Source: Lama guanicoe (taxonomy: Eukaryota). Taken from it: a stretch of 64,000 nt of DNA. Each line of letters starts with the position of its first letter. Within the stretch, counting starts at the first letter, position 1. A model generated the notes under the pieces. It saw only the letters and a program-made list of their open reading frames with translations. It was not told the origin of the DNA and did not search any database. Location: NCBI GenBank assembly GCA_013239625.1, contig MU053304.1, forward strand, positions 868,001 to 932,000. The letters are read 5' to 3'. This document shows, one piece after another, positions 43,298 through 57,137 of the stretch. The translations under genes and the position numbers were made by a program.

Positions 43298-46200
43298 TAG
43301 AGAAATGGATACTCATTTAATCTTTAAAGATGGACTTGGACTATTTAAAGATACAATGAGTAAACAATCCTGCATTTTTCATCATTTCTGTGGTTGATAA
43401 TCAGTTTTAAGAGCAAAAAATAATTTCTTAGAAACAAGTCTCATCCATCTAATAAAATCATTTAAAGTCATCCAAGTTAGCAATATTCATATATTCTGCA
43501 TACATTACCTAAAAATTATAGTGAAGAACAGACCTACATTTTACCCTGTTACTAATACTTCTTTTCTTGATAAGTCAATAGCTAGGACACTCCTGCAACA
43601 GTTAATGTCCTGGAGTAATTATCAGTAACAAGATCTTTGAATCACTAAATTCCAATATACATCTCTAAACCCCAATTTAAATTACAATTGTTCTAAATAG
43701 TCTTGTCCTATCTCTTTATAGCCTGTCTACTTGAAACTTTTAAACACAAGTCTTACAATGTGTCATGTTAAGAAAAAATTATGTTTAGTTGCTGAAGGAA
43801 TGGTCTGGCTCAGAGCACCCCAAGAGATGATCTAGCTGTTTAATTTTTAAGATATCTGACCATCTGCATCCTTGATACATGTTAGAAGAATCAAGATCTC
43901 AAGTTATTAAAATAAGTGACTAAAATCTATGTTATTACAATAATAAAAAATATGTGAACTGAAATCTTAGCTCGTTATAATAAAGTATTAATGATTTTCA
44001 ATGATGTAAGTATTTTCTGATTCATGCATATTATCTCTAGTTACAGAATCTGGGTAAGCACAAATAATTCTGATCATGAATTATGAGGGCTCCTAAGAAT
44101 CAGGATTAAAGAGGGTATTTAACTTATTCAATGCTTGACATAAATTGATATTCCATTCCTTAATTGTTGAAGAAAAATGATTCTTTGTAGCAGACAGGGC
44201 TTCTTGGAATTGTTTATATGGCTAAGATAACTAGAATACATATTAGAAGGTGAAGAAAAACTGACATTCAAACTATTTACATTCAGGTTTAAATGTTACA
44301 TTTTTATAAGTAATTATAGAAAGATATCTAAAATTAAGTACTTGATCCCCAAATACAATCAGATGGTGATAGGCTAAAACTTCTCATTCTAAATCAACAC
44401 TTAACTCAGGCTTTAAAATCTGCGGCAGGACAAGGAGTAATGAATGAAGTTCTACTACTTTAATAGACTCTCTAAACATTAACATTGTCTTTCTATCTAT
44501 CCCCCTCCTTTTTGCAAATCTGCAACCTTTTGAATAAACTAGTGCTACACATAACCATGGAAAATAATTAAGAAATCTTACTCTAAAGGAGAACCTAAAC
44601 AATCTTAATTCTGAATAAAGTTTAAAAGAAATAAAGTAAATGAGGATTATGTAGGAATATTTGTGCATATTTGGTAAAGATTGTACAAGCACTGATTCAA
44701 GCTCTTATCTCTGTGCAAACAATAATAACTTACTACGTCAAATTATTCTTTAAACTGTGCTTTGCTACGCATACAGAAAATATTAAAACGCTCATCTCAT
44801 ACTACTGTAAAATTTGATACATTAAATTGAATAAATGAAACTAAAGAAGTTATACAGAAGTAAATTTTAACTTTAAAATCCATGAGTCCATAAATATCAA
44901 ACATCTACTAGTATCTGCAAAACACTGTGGCAACAGGTAAATAGTTAAGAAATCTTAAAAGGCAAAGTTTTATAGTATTAAAGTGAGCTGACAAAACACA
45001 AAAGCTGATAACAGTGATAATCCCATGTATTCCACAGGAAAATAGTAAGTACACAGCAGCTGAAAACTGTGTATATTTAAATTTTAGGGGCCCAAGATAC
45101 TCTTAGCTGTAAGAGTTGGCAGAAAACCCAACATATTTTAACATAAAATATGTAGACTCTTTGTATCTATGTCTTGAATAATTATTATATGTATATTTAA
45201 CCTGATTTTATTCTTTTAAACATCTGTTAATTTTTAATTACAAAATAAACTCTTTCATAGCCTCCACTATCAGTAATTAAGCTGTATAGTAAGGTTAGTA
45301 GATTCAAAAATATAAACTAACCTGGGAACTTAACTACTATTTAAAACATTATTGCATTAATTCATTGTTGAAAACATTATTCTATTTTTATGAGTAAATG
45401 TATGAGAAAATACATGTTGCCCTCTAAGAAGCTTCAAAAGGATGCATTCATAAATTGGGAACTGAACATATATAAATGGGTTCATGATTCAAATACTAAG
45501 ATTTTTTTGATAGCCTTTCACATGTTAACATGTACAAAGACTTCCTAAATTAATATATTTATAAGAATTTCTGATAACTTTAAAATGCAGAAGTAGTTTT
45601 GTGTATTTTTCTCTCATTACAGGGATAATCTTCAGAACTTCTAAAGTCTGTACAAACAAAAATGTCCCTGGTTCAACATAGAAAAATTAACTATCATTAT
45701 GAGTGATATAAGTTATTTAGTTATCTCAGGGAAATTCAATGAAAGTAGCACTGATACTTTATATTCTAATAAAATTAATTTTTTTTTAAAAAAGGAGAGC
45801 ACTGAAAATTTTAAAGTGGCTTTTACACTGAGAAACATTTTATTCAATCAATAATTTGTACAGCGTTTGATTATGTACTATTTGAATTTCTATTTTACCA
45901 AGATTATGACAACTGGTATAACACAGTCTTTCAAATAAATAGTGCTACATCAACTTTTCTCTCACTTCTTCCTCTCTGGGAGCACTTGACTTAACCTTTA
46001 CCTTACAGTTCTATTTTTTTTTTTTTACTGTCTTGTCTGTAATTTTTAAAAACCATGATCACAGATTAGTGGCTTATAAAATAAGGCTTGAAAATGCCTC
46101 TGAATAGGACGCAAAGGAGAACAGAACATCATACTCCAATATAAAAAAGACAGGGTATCATTCACAGGTTAAGAACATCTCTGAACTTCCTTCTCTCATT

Positions 46201-47634
46201 AAATAAATGATTAAAAATGTAAAGGGAGAAAATATAGCATTTGGTCATCCATTGGTCATTGGCTGACCTATAACTTAAGTTTTAATTCATGTCTCATGAG
46301 CGATAAATTCAAAGTGTCTGTGGTAGGGTTGAAAGAGGGTGTATAAAATGGCTGAAACATGGGGTTTGAAGCAAGACAACCTAGGCTTTGGTTCTCTTGT
46401 ATTGGCTTAGGTAAGTCACTTAACAGTATCAGAGTTCAATAACTTTTCTGTTTAAAATGACTCTGCTAAATCTTCTACTGCAGATATCTAGTGAAATTGT
46501 AAAGTAGGGCCCAGCACATTTTAGATACTAACAATTGGCAGGTATTAGTACAATATGCAAAGGGTTTATATACTAAAATATATGATTTAGTTTAGATGTG
46601 CGTTTGATCAGAGATGAAATGAATTATAGCAGTAAAAGAAAAATAAAGTTATTTATGCAGTGAAATGCTGCTCTAATTCTTAAATAAGGAAGCAAAGCAA
46701 TTATAAGCACTTCTTTTTGGAAAGCGAAAATTTTTAAAAAGCAAGGAAAAATTTTCATAAGTAAGATATCACTCAAAACATTTAAAACACTATCATATTA
46801 GACACCTAACCACAGGATACTTCATATCCTCTAACATGGTGGAAAAACAGTAACAAAAACAAAGCAGAAGGTTCATAATAAATATTTAAACACTGACCTA
46901 TGTCTCTCTTTTCTGGGAGATAAATACAGAACAAGAATCTCTGAGATAAAAAATATGTATATTTGAAAATATATTGTTTTTGGACAACAGGACCATTTAG
47001 GATTTGTCCTACCCTAACACATTCATGAACTATTTACCTCAGTGAACTTTATAGGCACAGTCCTCTTGGAATGGCTTTAAAAATAGTCTTTTAAATACTC
47101 AAAAGGGAAATCTTTTATGTCCCAGATTCAGAGATTAATATTAATTATTTTCTGAACTAATGACATAAACTTAGCTTTCCAAACTAAAAACTTGCTCAAA
47201 GGATAAACAAATTTCAGATGACATTAGTCTATCTCATCAAGTAATGGAGTTTGTGGTTTAAAAAAATTCAGGTTTTTATACAGTTCTATACAGTTAAGAA
47301 GAAAGCCAAATAAACAAACAACCTCAAACCAAAAAACAGACCCCCCCAAAACAGGCATGGCAATGCACATAGGTTATTTATCCTTCTTTGCCATCTATAT
47401 AAAACATATAGTTAAAATTCAACTTCAGTACAAATTTAATTAAAAGTTAAATAGTTAAACATGTTCTCATGCCCTTTATTTGAAGTATAGCTTTAAGTTT
47501 AATTGGATGCATGCACTCTTGCTACAGCAGGCAGGAAGACAAACGTACTGATTTTATACTGATGACATGGCTCATTGTTTCTAAGTAGGAGTGTTTTAAT
47601 GGCTGGGTTAGTTGGGATTTTCTGTCAAAAAATG

Positions 47635-47855
47635 ATAGTAATAAGAACTAACATTTATAGAGTGCTTTATCTATGCCAGACATTGTTCTAAACATTTTGC
47701 ATGTATTATTGCATTTAATCCTCAAAGTAACTCTATAAAATTGGTATTATTATTATCATCCCCATTTTACAAGGGAGAACAACAAAACAAATAAATGGCA
47801 GGGACAAAATCTGAACTCAGAACTGATTCTAGAATTCACATCCTTAACCTGTTTC
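47635..47855 (-). mobile_element. MIR
   Basis: aacatttatagagtgcttt...atgccagacattgttctaa...catttaatcctca...ccccattttaca. Confidence 0.7.
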
Positions 47856-50021
47856 TGCTTTCTCAAATGAAATGAGAAATTATATCAACTAAGACTGTTT
47901 AATATTTGGCAAAGAAACAACATTTTTTCTCTTAAATAACTCTAACAGGAGGGCCACAGAATTTTCTTGAGGGACAAGGCAGAACCCAGTATTTTCTAAA
48001 AGTTCTATTTCATATGAAATGATACAGACTTGGGTCTTAACCAATAACTGTATGAATCTTTGAAATTATTGCCAGACCTCTTTTCTGAGGAAAATATTTG
48101 ACTTAGGCCTAAGAAGTTGTTGAACCTTCTCTAGAAGACAAATAGAAACCTACATACCTGAACAGCAGCTCTGCTACCTTTTATGTACGGTGGTACTTAA
48201 AGCGTACAAACCTTCATTTTAACCAACAAAATATTTGTGCTACTAGTATTTTTAAGGTTATAAATAATGAACTGTCTATAATCCAAGACTCAAAGACTTG
48301 TTTTGCTCCTATAATTATCAATCTGTAATTACTTCAGGCACCAAAAGAAATACCATTACTCAAATCTTATTGAGATTAAATTCCTCTTTCGAAGTGGGTA
48401 GGGCAAAGAGGTAGAAAATGGGATTTTTTTCACAGAAATTTTGTGTGCTTTTTTCTTATGGGACAACAAATACTACATAATTTAAATATTTTCCCCCTTC
48501 TATCTTAGCTTTTATAAAAAAGTCAAATTTAGAGTTCCAACAGTAATGAACTTTAGTTTAAGTACCTGATAACTTATTTCCCTTAGGCTGATTCTTCAAC
48601 TTTTTCTTTTTATGTAAATCTGTACTTTAAAGAATACATTACGTGCCTATGGAAATAAGCTAGACATAATACATCACAACAAATAAATGAAATTATAAAC
48701 CCTTAAAACAAATTAAAAACTCATAATAAAAATAACATAAGGTTTTGAATAGTTAGTTAACATACCTCACCATACCAATGTAAACTTTTTCGTTATTCTG
48801 AATAGTAAAAATCTTCTCTGACCTAGAGCCTATCAAATTAATGTCAGCTTGACTTCAGAATGAAAGCGTCTGGACTAAGAAAAAACCTTTCATAAACTGA
48901 GGATGTCTGGAACTTTTTAATTTGTATAAATTATTATATTATATGAATTCTAATTAGGCAATTAGACAAGCTCTTTTTTCTTTTAGTTTTGTATAAAAGA
49001 TTAATTTAATGCAGTCATCCGTTACTTTTATGTTAGCTTCATAAACACAGTCTATTCACTACTGTTTCATAAAACTTGGAATCATAAAGGTTAATCATAA
49101 AGATTCATCACTCAACCCTAAACCTCATAGTCTCTTTCTTAAAGAAAATTCTCTATCATGTTTCAACATTTCTACTGTTAATAAGAAAGCACTGACTCAA
49201 GGAATAAAATTCTAATGATCTGCATTAATTTTAACATCCACTTTCTGTCCCAAAATTGAAGTTTATAAAATAAATTCATTCTGTTGGAAAGTGAGGCTAA
49301 CAAGGCTTCATAGACTTAATTAAAATCAGCACTAAAGAGCTTTCCCTCTAGGCCCACAATTAGAAGTATGTGGGTCAGACAGCCCAATTCCAAAGACATG
49401 TACTTTTCATATGAGAGTTCTATTGTGGCTTCCTGCTGATGGCTATTAGATTTATGACTACAATTTTCCAGACCTTAAATTAAAAAAAAAGTCATAATTA
49501 GAATAGCTAAACGGGTAAATTTAAATTAGCAACCCACTTTAAAAGACGATAGAGAGCATGCATTTAAAATCAGGAAGCCTAAGAGATAAGACATTAATTA
49601 TCCACCTTATAAAATCCTTAACTATGATCAACATCTCTTGTTGTAGCTCTAGACTTGAGCATTTTTCTACTTCCTACTCAGTTCGAAATCTGAACTTTAG
49701 GATGGTTTAAAATGCAGCCTCACTTTAAGTAGCTTCCACTGCAAAACTGTGTCAGTCATATATGATTCTTTTCACTCAGACCATTAGTTTGCTTAAGCTC
49801 AGGTCAAAGAATACATTGCTGCCTTTGACTATTCACTAGTTAACAGGAAATCCAAATACTACTGCTAATAGGGAGAAAATCTAATTGATTAGAATCTTTC
49901 TTAAACACAAGTTTCTCTGCCATATTTTATTTCTTTAAGAGATCTCCCATAGATTTCTCTTTATAAGGAATTCTGAATGCCTATTCTATACCAGCAAATG
50001 CAAGACACCCTTTCAAGAAAG

Positions 50022-50186
50022 CAGTGGTTTTCAAACACTGATCTTCATACAAATCACTTGGGTATTTCCTTTAACTGCAGTCTTACTCAGTAGATATGGC
50101 ATGAGGCCCAAAAGCCTGCAGTTTTAACAAGTTCCCAGGTGATGCTGATCTTTGCTGACCAAAAGAGCACACCCTGAGTGGCAAGG
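50022..50186. mobile_element. MER5A-like hAT MITE
   Basis: cagtggttttcaaac...aacaagttcccaggtgatgctga...ccctgagtggcaagg. Confidence 0.7.
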
Positions 50187-51888
50187 TCCTAAACAACATT
50201 TTCAATTAACATTTAAGTTTTGATAAATAAATGCTCCCTCATATTCAAAGACTAAATGTACCTGAATTCACTCATTTGCAAAATCAGTGATATAATCTCT
50301 AAGGTCCCTCTCCAGCCCAATGACTACAATTTATCATCTCCACTCCTTATTCCCACCCCAAATTCAGTGAAGTAGATAAAGTCTGATTACAGTAATTTAC
50401 TTAAAAGTATAAATTACTCCTTCTACTTGATGCTTTAAAGCCTTTTTAAAGAAACTACTGAACATGGAACCAAGTACCAAGCAATCACTTCTCCCTTTTC
50501 AATAAAAATTCATACTGATTTTGTTTTAAAAGAAATATTTCAATATTCCTATTAAGAATGCCATATACCAGCTCTGGAAACAACAGAAGGCACCAAAGGG
50601 TGGATTTGTCAGCCTTGTTAACTTTTTTGTGAAGTATCCAAATATTTTTCAGTAAGATCCTTCTTAAATCTTGAAAAAAATATATTCAAGTCTACCTAAA
50701 AACTCTTCCCCTAAATTATGGTCCTTTTTTGGTCTGGGATGCTAACCTTTCTCCACCCTCAGGCAGGCCTCCTGAATTCAGTTTACAACTGAAGGGTTTC
50801 TTTGTGCTCTGAAATCCTGGGATGGTTATCTTGGTTCCCCCTTCAATTAGTTTAAGCATTTTATAGCTGACAAAGTCAGATACACTTGCAAAAAGGAAAA
50901 GAAAAGAAAGTTACATTTAGTCAGTGGACATACAACAATTAAGCCATAAAAAGGTTTAGATAATCTCGTATGTATGACATTTGTTCTACAGAGGAGCAAT
51001 TTGCTTTTTTATAGCAAGTTCTAAAATCTGTGTGTGTGTGTTGGTAAAAAGGATTCTAACTGAAATATTCTAGGGCATATTCTATTATAAATTTTAGTTA
51101 CTTTGAAACTGCAAACATGTATGTAGTGGGTATATGCTAGTATATAAAATTCATATACGTATAGATACTTGTCTAAGAAAATTTATTGGAAAACTATGTA
51201 GAATATTCAATACCATACCCCAAACCTGAATTTTTTAAAAAAAGTTAGTATTTCTAAAGTGCTTAAAACTGTACGAGGAGTAGAGTAAGTGCTTTTTAAA
51301 TAAGAGTTTGTTAAATAAATTAAGGACTATGCCTAATAATGAGAGTTTCTTTTTAAACCAAAAGACTGTTTTGCTTATTACATCTCCAGTGCCTGGAGTG
51401 AAGGATGGGATATGGAAGGGTAATAATCCACTTTTCTTCAGGATAATGTGAAGCTATTCCTTTTGCAAACTTTATTTAAGAACTATTTCTGTCAAAAAGA
51501 AAACTCAAGTCATTCCATTTAATTATTTAACCAAATTAGAGTTTGCTATAAACAAGGATCATGCTGCTACTTATTGCCAGAAGTGAGCGATCCCAGGCAT
51601 TAGTGAGACTCCCATTCTAATATTTTTTTTGCCACATTATATTGCTTCCTCTGTTCGGTAAAAAAATTTGTTTTTTTTTAATATTAATGGCAGCTTAAAA
51701 GTAAATTTTATCTGAATAGCAAGGTTAAGTTCCAATTGCAAAACTATAAATTTTTCAAAGATCATAAAAGGAATACACAAAAGAGCAAAGGTTAAAATAA
51801 TGCTATGCTAAAAATGCTAAACTGCTGATTTAGGAAAAGAGTTGTAATTATTATACAAAACAAAATGTACTTAAAAGGAGTACCATCA

Positions 51889-52035
51889 GGGGGAGGGTAC
51901 AGCTCAGTGGTAGAGCATGTGCTTAGCATGCATGAAGTCCTGGGTTTAATCCCCAGGATCTCTATTAAAAAACAAACAAACAAACCTAATTATCTCCCCC
52001 CAACACACACACACAAATTAAATATTAAAAAAAAA
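51889..52035 (+). mobile_element. tRNA-derived SINE (camelid Vic-1-like)
   Basis: gggggagggtacagctcagtggtagagcatgtgcttagcatgcatgaagtcctgggtttaatcccc followed by an A-rich tail. Degenerate TSD aaaaggagtaccatc / aaaaggtaccacc. Confidence 0.9.
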
Positions 52036-52133
52036 GGTACCACCTACAGAAATACATTTAATATTACTGACTCCATTATCTGAAGTTAAACATTATCTTG
52101 TGGAGGTTAAGTCATAAAATTCCAGATGAATGA

Positions 52134-52478
<345 letters not shown>

Positions 52479-53329
52479 TGACTAGGAAATTACCAGGTCT
52501 GGTAGACACTGATACACCAATACAAGCTCCTTATGACACTGCATTCATCTTACAGCTTCTAAACCATAATATCAGCAAAAAGTATGAAAAAGCAGAAAAG
52601 TTCATGGCTTAATTTTGACATGCAGTTAGACTAAATGTAGTAACAGTTTTCATATTTGTCAACCAATCATTAAGGTCTAAATAGCATGCAGAATCCCAAA
52701 ATTTTATTAAAGCAACAAAAAAAATTGAAATGCACCTTAAATCACATCTAAGAAGATAAACAGGAAAAGCAAAAAAAAAAAACAAACCCAAATATTTTGT
52801 ATGCAGGTATCAAAGTTCATATATTCATCCTGGAAGCCACTATGTATACAGACTAAAAGCATTAGTGTCTGCTTAAGTGTTTTGAACATGTTTAATTAGA
52901 AGATTTAAGAGAGATACAAATGATGTTCAGAAATGATTTTTGGAAGAATCATGCTTCTGTTTTATGTCCCTGCATCCATCTTTGATGCTCAAAGATAGCT
53001 GCTATATTAGAGTATCTTAGCATGAAGTACAACATAAATGATAACTCAAATCTCTTATAAGTTAGTATCAGAAAAACAAACAGATTCACAATAGTTACTA
53101 TGACCATTAACCGTCTGACCAGCAGATTCACTTTCTCCTAGTAAGAAAAAATTTAAAGAGAAAAAGAATCAAAAGAGACCTAAAATGCTAAAAGAAAAGC
53201 AAGAAAAGGATGTGATTTTTCTCTAATCAGAAAAAGGAATACTTGGGCTAAAAAAAACAAGAAAGCAAGACACTGAAAATGACACTTTACAATCCTGGAA
53301 TAAAGCATACCAAAGCCACCCCTCTTTTC

Positions 53330-54520
53330 AAAAGTTTGGAGGTCAAAGTAAGGAGTATTACTACTCTGGCTTGGGGAGACATAAGGGTCCAGGAAAAGTT
53401 TATTTAGAATATAGGTATCTGCAGGCACTGAGATAAATCTAGTTTTGAGGACAAAGACTGATTGACAGAACAGAAGAGGTCCTTAAAACGGAAGCTAGGG
53501 AAAGGGCATGGGAGATAATGGATGACAATTACCAAAATTTAAAGTGGAGAGATGGAAAACTAAAGAAGTTCATGTCAAACAATCCATTATCTTTTTGGTA
53601 AGTTCAGTATAATGAAGAAGGAGGAAAGGAAGATGGTGTGAGGTGTATGTGTTGGGGTACACTGGGGGGAATAGAGCAATAGTAGGGAGAAAATAGGAAA
53701 AATGGATCCTTAAGAATGAAAACATTTGAAACTGAAATATCAAGCCAATAAACAGCTTGCTGGTAGAAGTGCTATCTCAAGGCGAGATTACATGAATTTA
53801 TAAATTGATCAAATGTATACTGAGTACCTATGATATGTGAGGTACTAAGAATGTAAAGATTAATAAAAAAATGTACCAGTGACAATCTAGTAACTTTGTA
53901 AAAGAAAAGGCAGATAACAGGGTTAGTTCAGCTTTCAATTTTGCAAAGAGCTAAAAAGAGCTCACTTTCTTTTTCTGGATTTACAGTTATGCCAGGTAAC
54001 ACCCAATAACAAGTAAGGTATGAAAGGAGAATTAGAGGGTAAGGGTTTAAAACAATGAAAACTTAAGTATTACTGACCAGCAAGCTGGTTGAGAAGGTAA
54101 TGTGAGCCTGGATGGGAGTTAATGGAATGTGAAAATAGAGAAAGAAGGATGGACTAGAGGTCAAGATAGCAGAAAAGAAGTTCTACAGTGATGAAGAGTA
54201 GCAGGACAAAAAAGGGATATATCAGAGTTCATGATTTTAGATTTGGGATAATTTTAAGTGGATTTATGAATGGTTTCAGGAGTGCAAATAATAATTAGAG
54301 TTGAAAAATTCAAGAAATATAAAATTAGGGGTTAGAAGGGTCATCAATGGGATAAAGTCATGGAAGACGACAGCAATGGAACAGTGGAGAGAAGACTACA
54401 GCAAGGGGCTGAAACCATTAAGGAAGACAAACACATGTCCTTGAGATTGGTAGATGACTCAGATGGAGAACAGAACGGTATAAGTAGATTACATAAACTT
54501 TAAAAGGGAAATGTTTTGAG
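53330..54520. mobile_element. Degraded L2 remnants
   Basis: Purine-rich degenerate L2-like text. Boundaries are approximate. Confidence 0.4.
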
Positions 54521-54562
54521 GGGGAGAGCAGTGAAATGATTACCTGAAAGTAACAGGGCAGA

Positions 54563-54788
54563 GGAGGTGTCAGCCAAGTTTTTCCATAAAGGTCAAGATA
54601 GTAAATATTTTGATCTTACAGACTGTATATGGTTTCTGTCAAAACTTCTCAATTCTGCAGCGGGAGAACAAAATCAGCCATAGAAAATACATTAACAAAT
54701 GGGTATGGCTGTGTTCTGATAAAATGTTATTTAGAAAAACAGAAGGCAGGCCAGATTTGGCCCTTGAGCTATGGTTTGCTGACCCCTA
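54563..54788. mobile_element. MER58A-like hAT MITE
   Basis: ggtgtcagccaagtttttccataaagg...gatagtaaatatttt...ggtttgctgacccct, with inverted termini. Confidence 0.75.
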
Positions 54789-55629
54789 GTATAGAACATT
54801 AAGTATACAGTATACAAAATCTTCTTTCTGCTAGTGTACCTGAGGAAAAGTAGAAAAAGCAGTGGCATCCATCAGAAAGAGTCTGAGGAAAATATTCTTG
54901 TGAAGGTCTCTCTGCTACCATAAAAAGGCTGTACAGATGATAGGAGTACTTTTAGATTCATATAAGTGAATTTTTTTATGATACCCTTAAGGATTCTAGA
55001 GGTGTCTAAAGATCAATGAATTCAGATTTATTTTTAAATATCTGCTGTTTCAAAGAGAAAGCATTCAGGTTAACCTTTCTGTTGTCTTCCTAATAAGCTA
55101 CTTCACTAAGCAAGATCATATTTAAATACCTACTTCATGGTATTTAAAGTATAAGAAAATTAGCATGAGGTACATGTCTTTCCTGTCTATTAGAGGAACC
55201 CTCAATCTTGAAAATAAATTTCATAATTCACATACTCTCAAAACTTTAAGTAGCATTAAAAAAAAAAGAACCCTTAGTTTTTCCTAAGAAGTCAGAAAGA
55301 AAAGGTTAGAAGACATTCACAAATATCAGAAGATAAAACTGTCTGTTAAATGAAACTATACAACCTCAAAGATAAAACAGTTATCTATTCATTATTAAGA
55401 TGCTGCACAAATGTACTCTGAAGTCACTTAAGCTCAGCTACATTGGAAATTAAGATAAAAGCACCTTCTCTTCTGAATTCCTTTCCTTAGCCTGGATTAG
55501 ATCAACAAACAACAGATTATGAGAAATGGAGAATAAATGAAGACATCCCCTAGATATACAGTACTTCTAGGGAAACTTTAATTATAAAACTGAAACCACT
55601 GGCCAATCTCTTTAAAAAACAGCAGGCTC

Positions 55630-55775
55630 GGGGGAGGGTATAGCTCAAAGGGCAGAGTGCATGCTTAGCATGCACGAGGTTCTGGGTTCAGTCCCCAATA
55701 CACTCTCTAAAAATAAATAAACTTAATTACCTTCCCCATTCCCACCAAAACATAGTAACAAATAAAACATTAAAA
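55630..55775 (+). mobile_element. tRNA-derived SINE (camelid Vic-1-like) with perfect 15-bp TSD
   Basis: tRNA-Ala-like head and A tail. TSD aaaaaacagcaggct at 55614-55628 and 55776-55790, at a TT/AAAA L1-endonuclease site. Confidence 0.92.
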
Positions 55776-55974
55776 AAAAAACAGCAGGCTTGCTGATTTA
55801 GGTTCTATTTGTCAACTCTTCCTTTGATTAAGTGCTTTGACAAATTCTACATTGTGGGTACCAGAATTATAATACACTAACACCATAAAGTCACTAAGAT
55901 AAACTCTAAAAAGACCTAATCTAAGAGTCAAAGGTCATAAAGTAACTCAGTTTATCTTGTTTCCCCTTCCTTAG

Positions 55975-56867
55975 GCATTGCCATTCCGGTCCCTATTAAA
56001 GGGATAGAAAATGACGTGAGTAACCCAAACAACATCACTTGTGGGCTGACAAAGGATCGTTTCGGCAATTTCATGCTCTTTGGCTCACTGGCTTCCTTCT
56101 TTACACCCCTGGCAATCATGATTGTCACCTACTTTCTTACTATCCATGCTTTACAGAAGAAAGCTTACTTGCTCAAAAACAAGCCACCTCAACGCTTAAC
56201 ATGGTTGACTGTGTCCACAGTATTCCGAAAGGATGAAACACCTTACTCATCCCCAGAAAAAGTAGCAATGCTGGATGGTTCTCAAAAGGACAAAACTCTG
56301 CCCAATGCAAGTGATGACATACTTATGCGAAAAATGTCCACAGTAGGAAAAAAGTCAGTGCAGACCATTTCCAATGAACAGAGAGCATCAAAGGTTCTAG
56401 GGATAGTGTTTTTCCTCTTTTTGCTTATGTGGTGCCCCTTTTTTATTACAAATGTAACTTCAGCTTTATGCGATTCCTGCAACCAGACTACTCTCAAAAT
56501 GCTCCTGGAGATATTTGTGTGGATAGGCTATGTTTCCTCAGGGGTGAATCCTTTGGTCTACACCCTCTTCAACAAGACATTTCGGGATGCATTTCGCCGA
56601 TACATCACCTGCAATTACCGGGCCACAAAATCAGCAAAAACTCTTAGAAAATGCTCCAGTAATATCTACTTCCGGAATCCAATGGCAGAGAACTCTAAGT
56701 TTTTCATGAAACATGGAATGCGAAATGGCATCAATCCTGCCATGTACCAGAGCCCAATGAGGCTCCGAAGTTCAACCATTCAGTCTTCATCAGTCATTTT
56801 ACTAGATACACTTCTCCTCACTGAAAATGAAGGTGATAAAACTGAAGAGCAAATCAGTTATGTATAG
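55975..56867 (+). CDS. HTR2B: HTR2B last coding exon: ECL2, TM5-TM7, helix 8, C-tail with PDZ ligand ISYV*
   Basis: ccttccttag|GC ATT GCC...TAT GTA TAG, 893 nt. Contains WCPFF and NPLVY. Spliced CDS is 337+201+893=1431 nt, giving 476 aa with no frameshift or premature stop. Confidence 0.98.
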
Positions 56868-57113
56868 CAGTAATGGCCTAGTTTTTATCTAACCAATAAG
56901 ATGAGTAAGATGATAAAGATGTAAATATACCAAGAATTATACAAAGAAAAACTTTATATGATGTATCAAATCATCTCTTTAAATTAAGAATTAGATGATA
57001 AGATTATCTAATTTTCTTAATTTGGGCAAAATTATTCCATGAAAAAATAATTTTGTATAGCTGCAAATTAAAACAATCCAGCATGCTGGTTAAATGTTAA
57101 GATATTCAAATGA

Positions 57114-57137
57114 AATAAAATTAAATAAATCAATAAA
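57114..57137 (+). terminator. HTR2B: HTR2B polyadenylation signal cluster (AATAAA at 57114, 57124, 57132)
   Basis: Three AATAAA hexamers within 24 nt, about 250 nt after the stop codon. Confidence 0.75.

Noticed and set aside
51889..51960. tRNA-Ala gene-like sequence (also 55630 and 3206)
   Set aside because: Each has a non-tRNA body, an A tail, TSDs and mismatched stems, so these are SINE copies rather than tRNA genes.
56016..56867. Standalone 283-aa ORF with a GTG start
   Set aside because: It is the internal part of the last HTR2B exon, whose true start is the acceptor at 55975.
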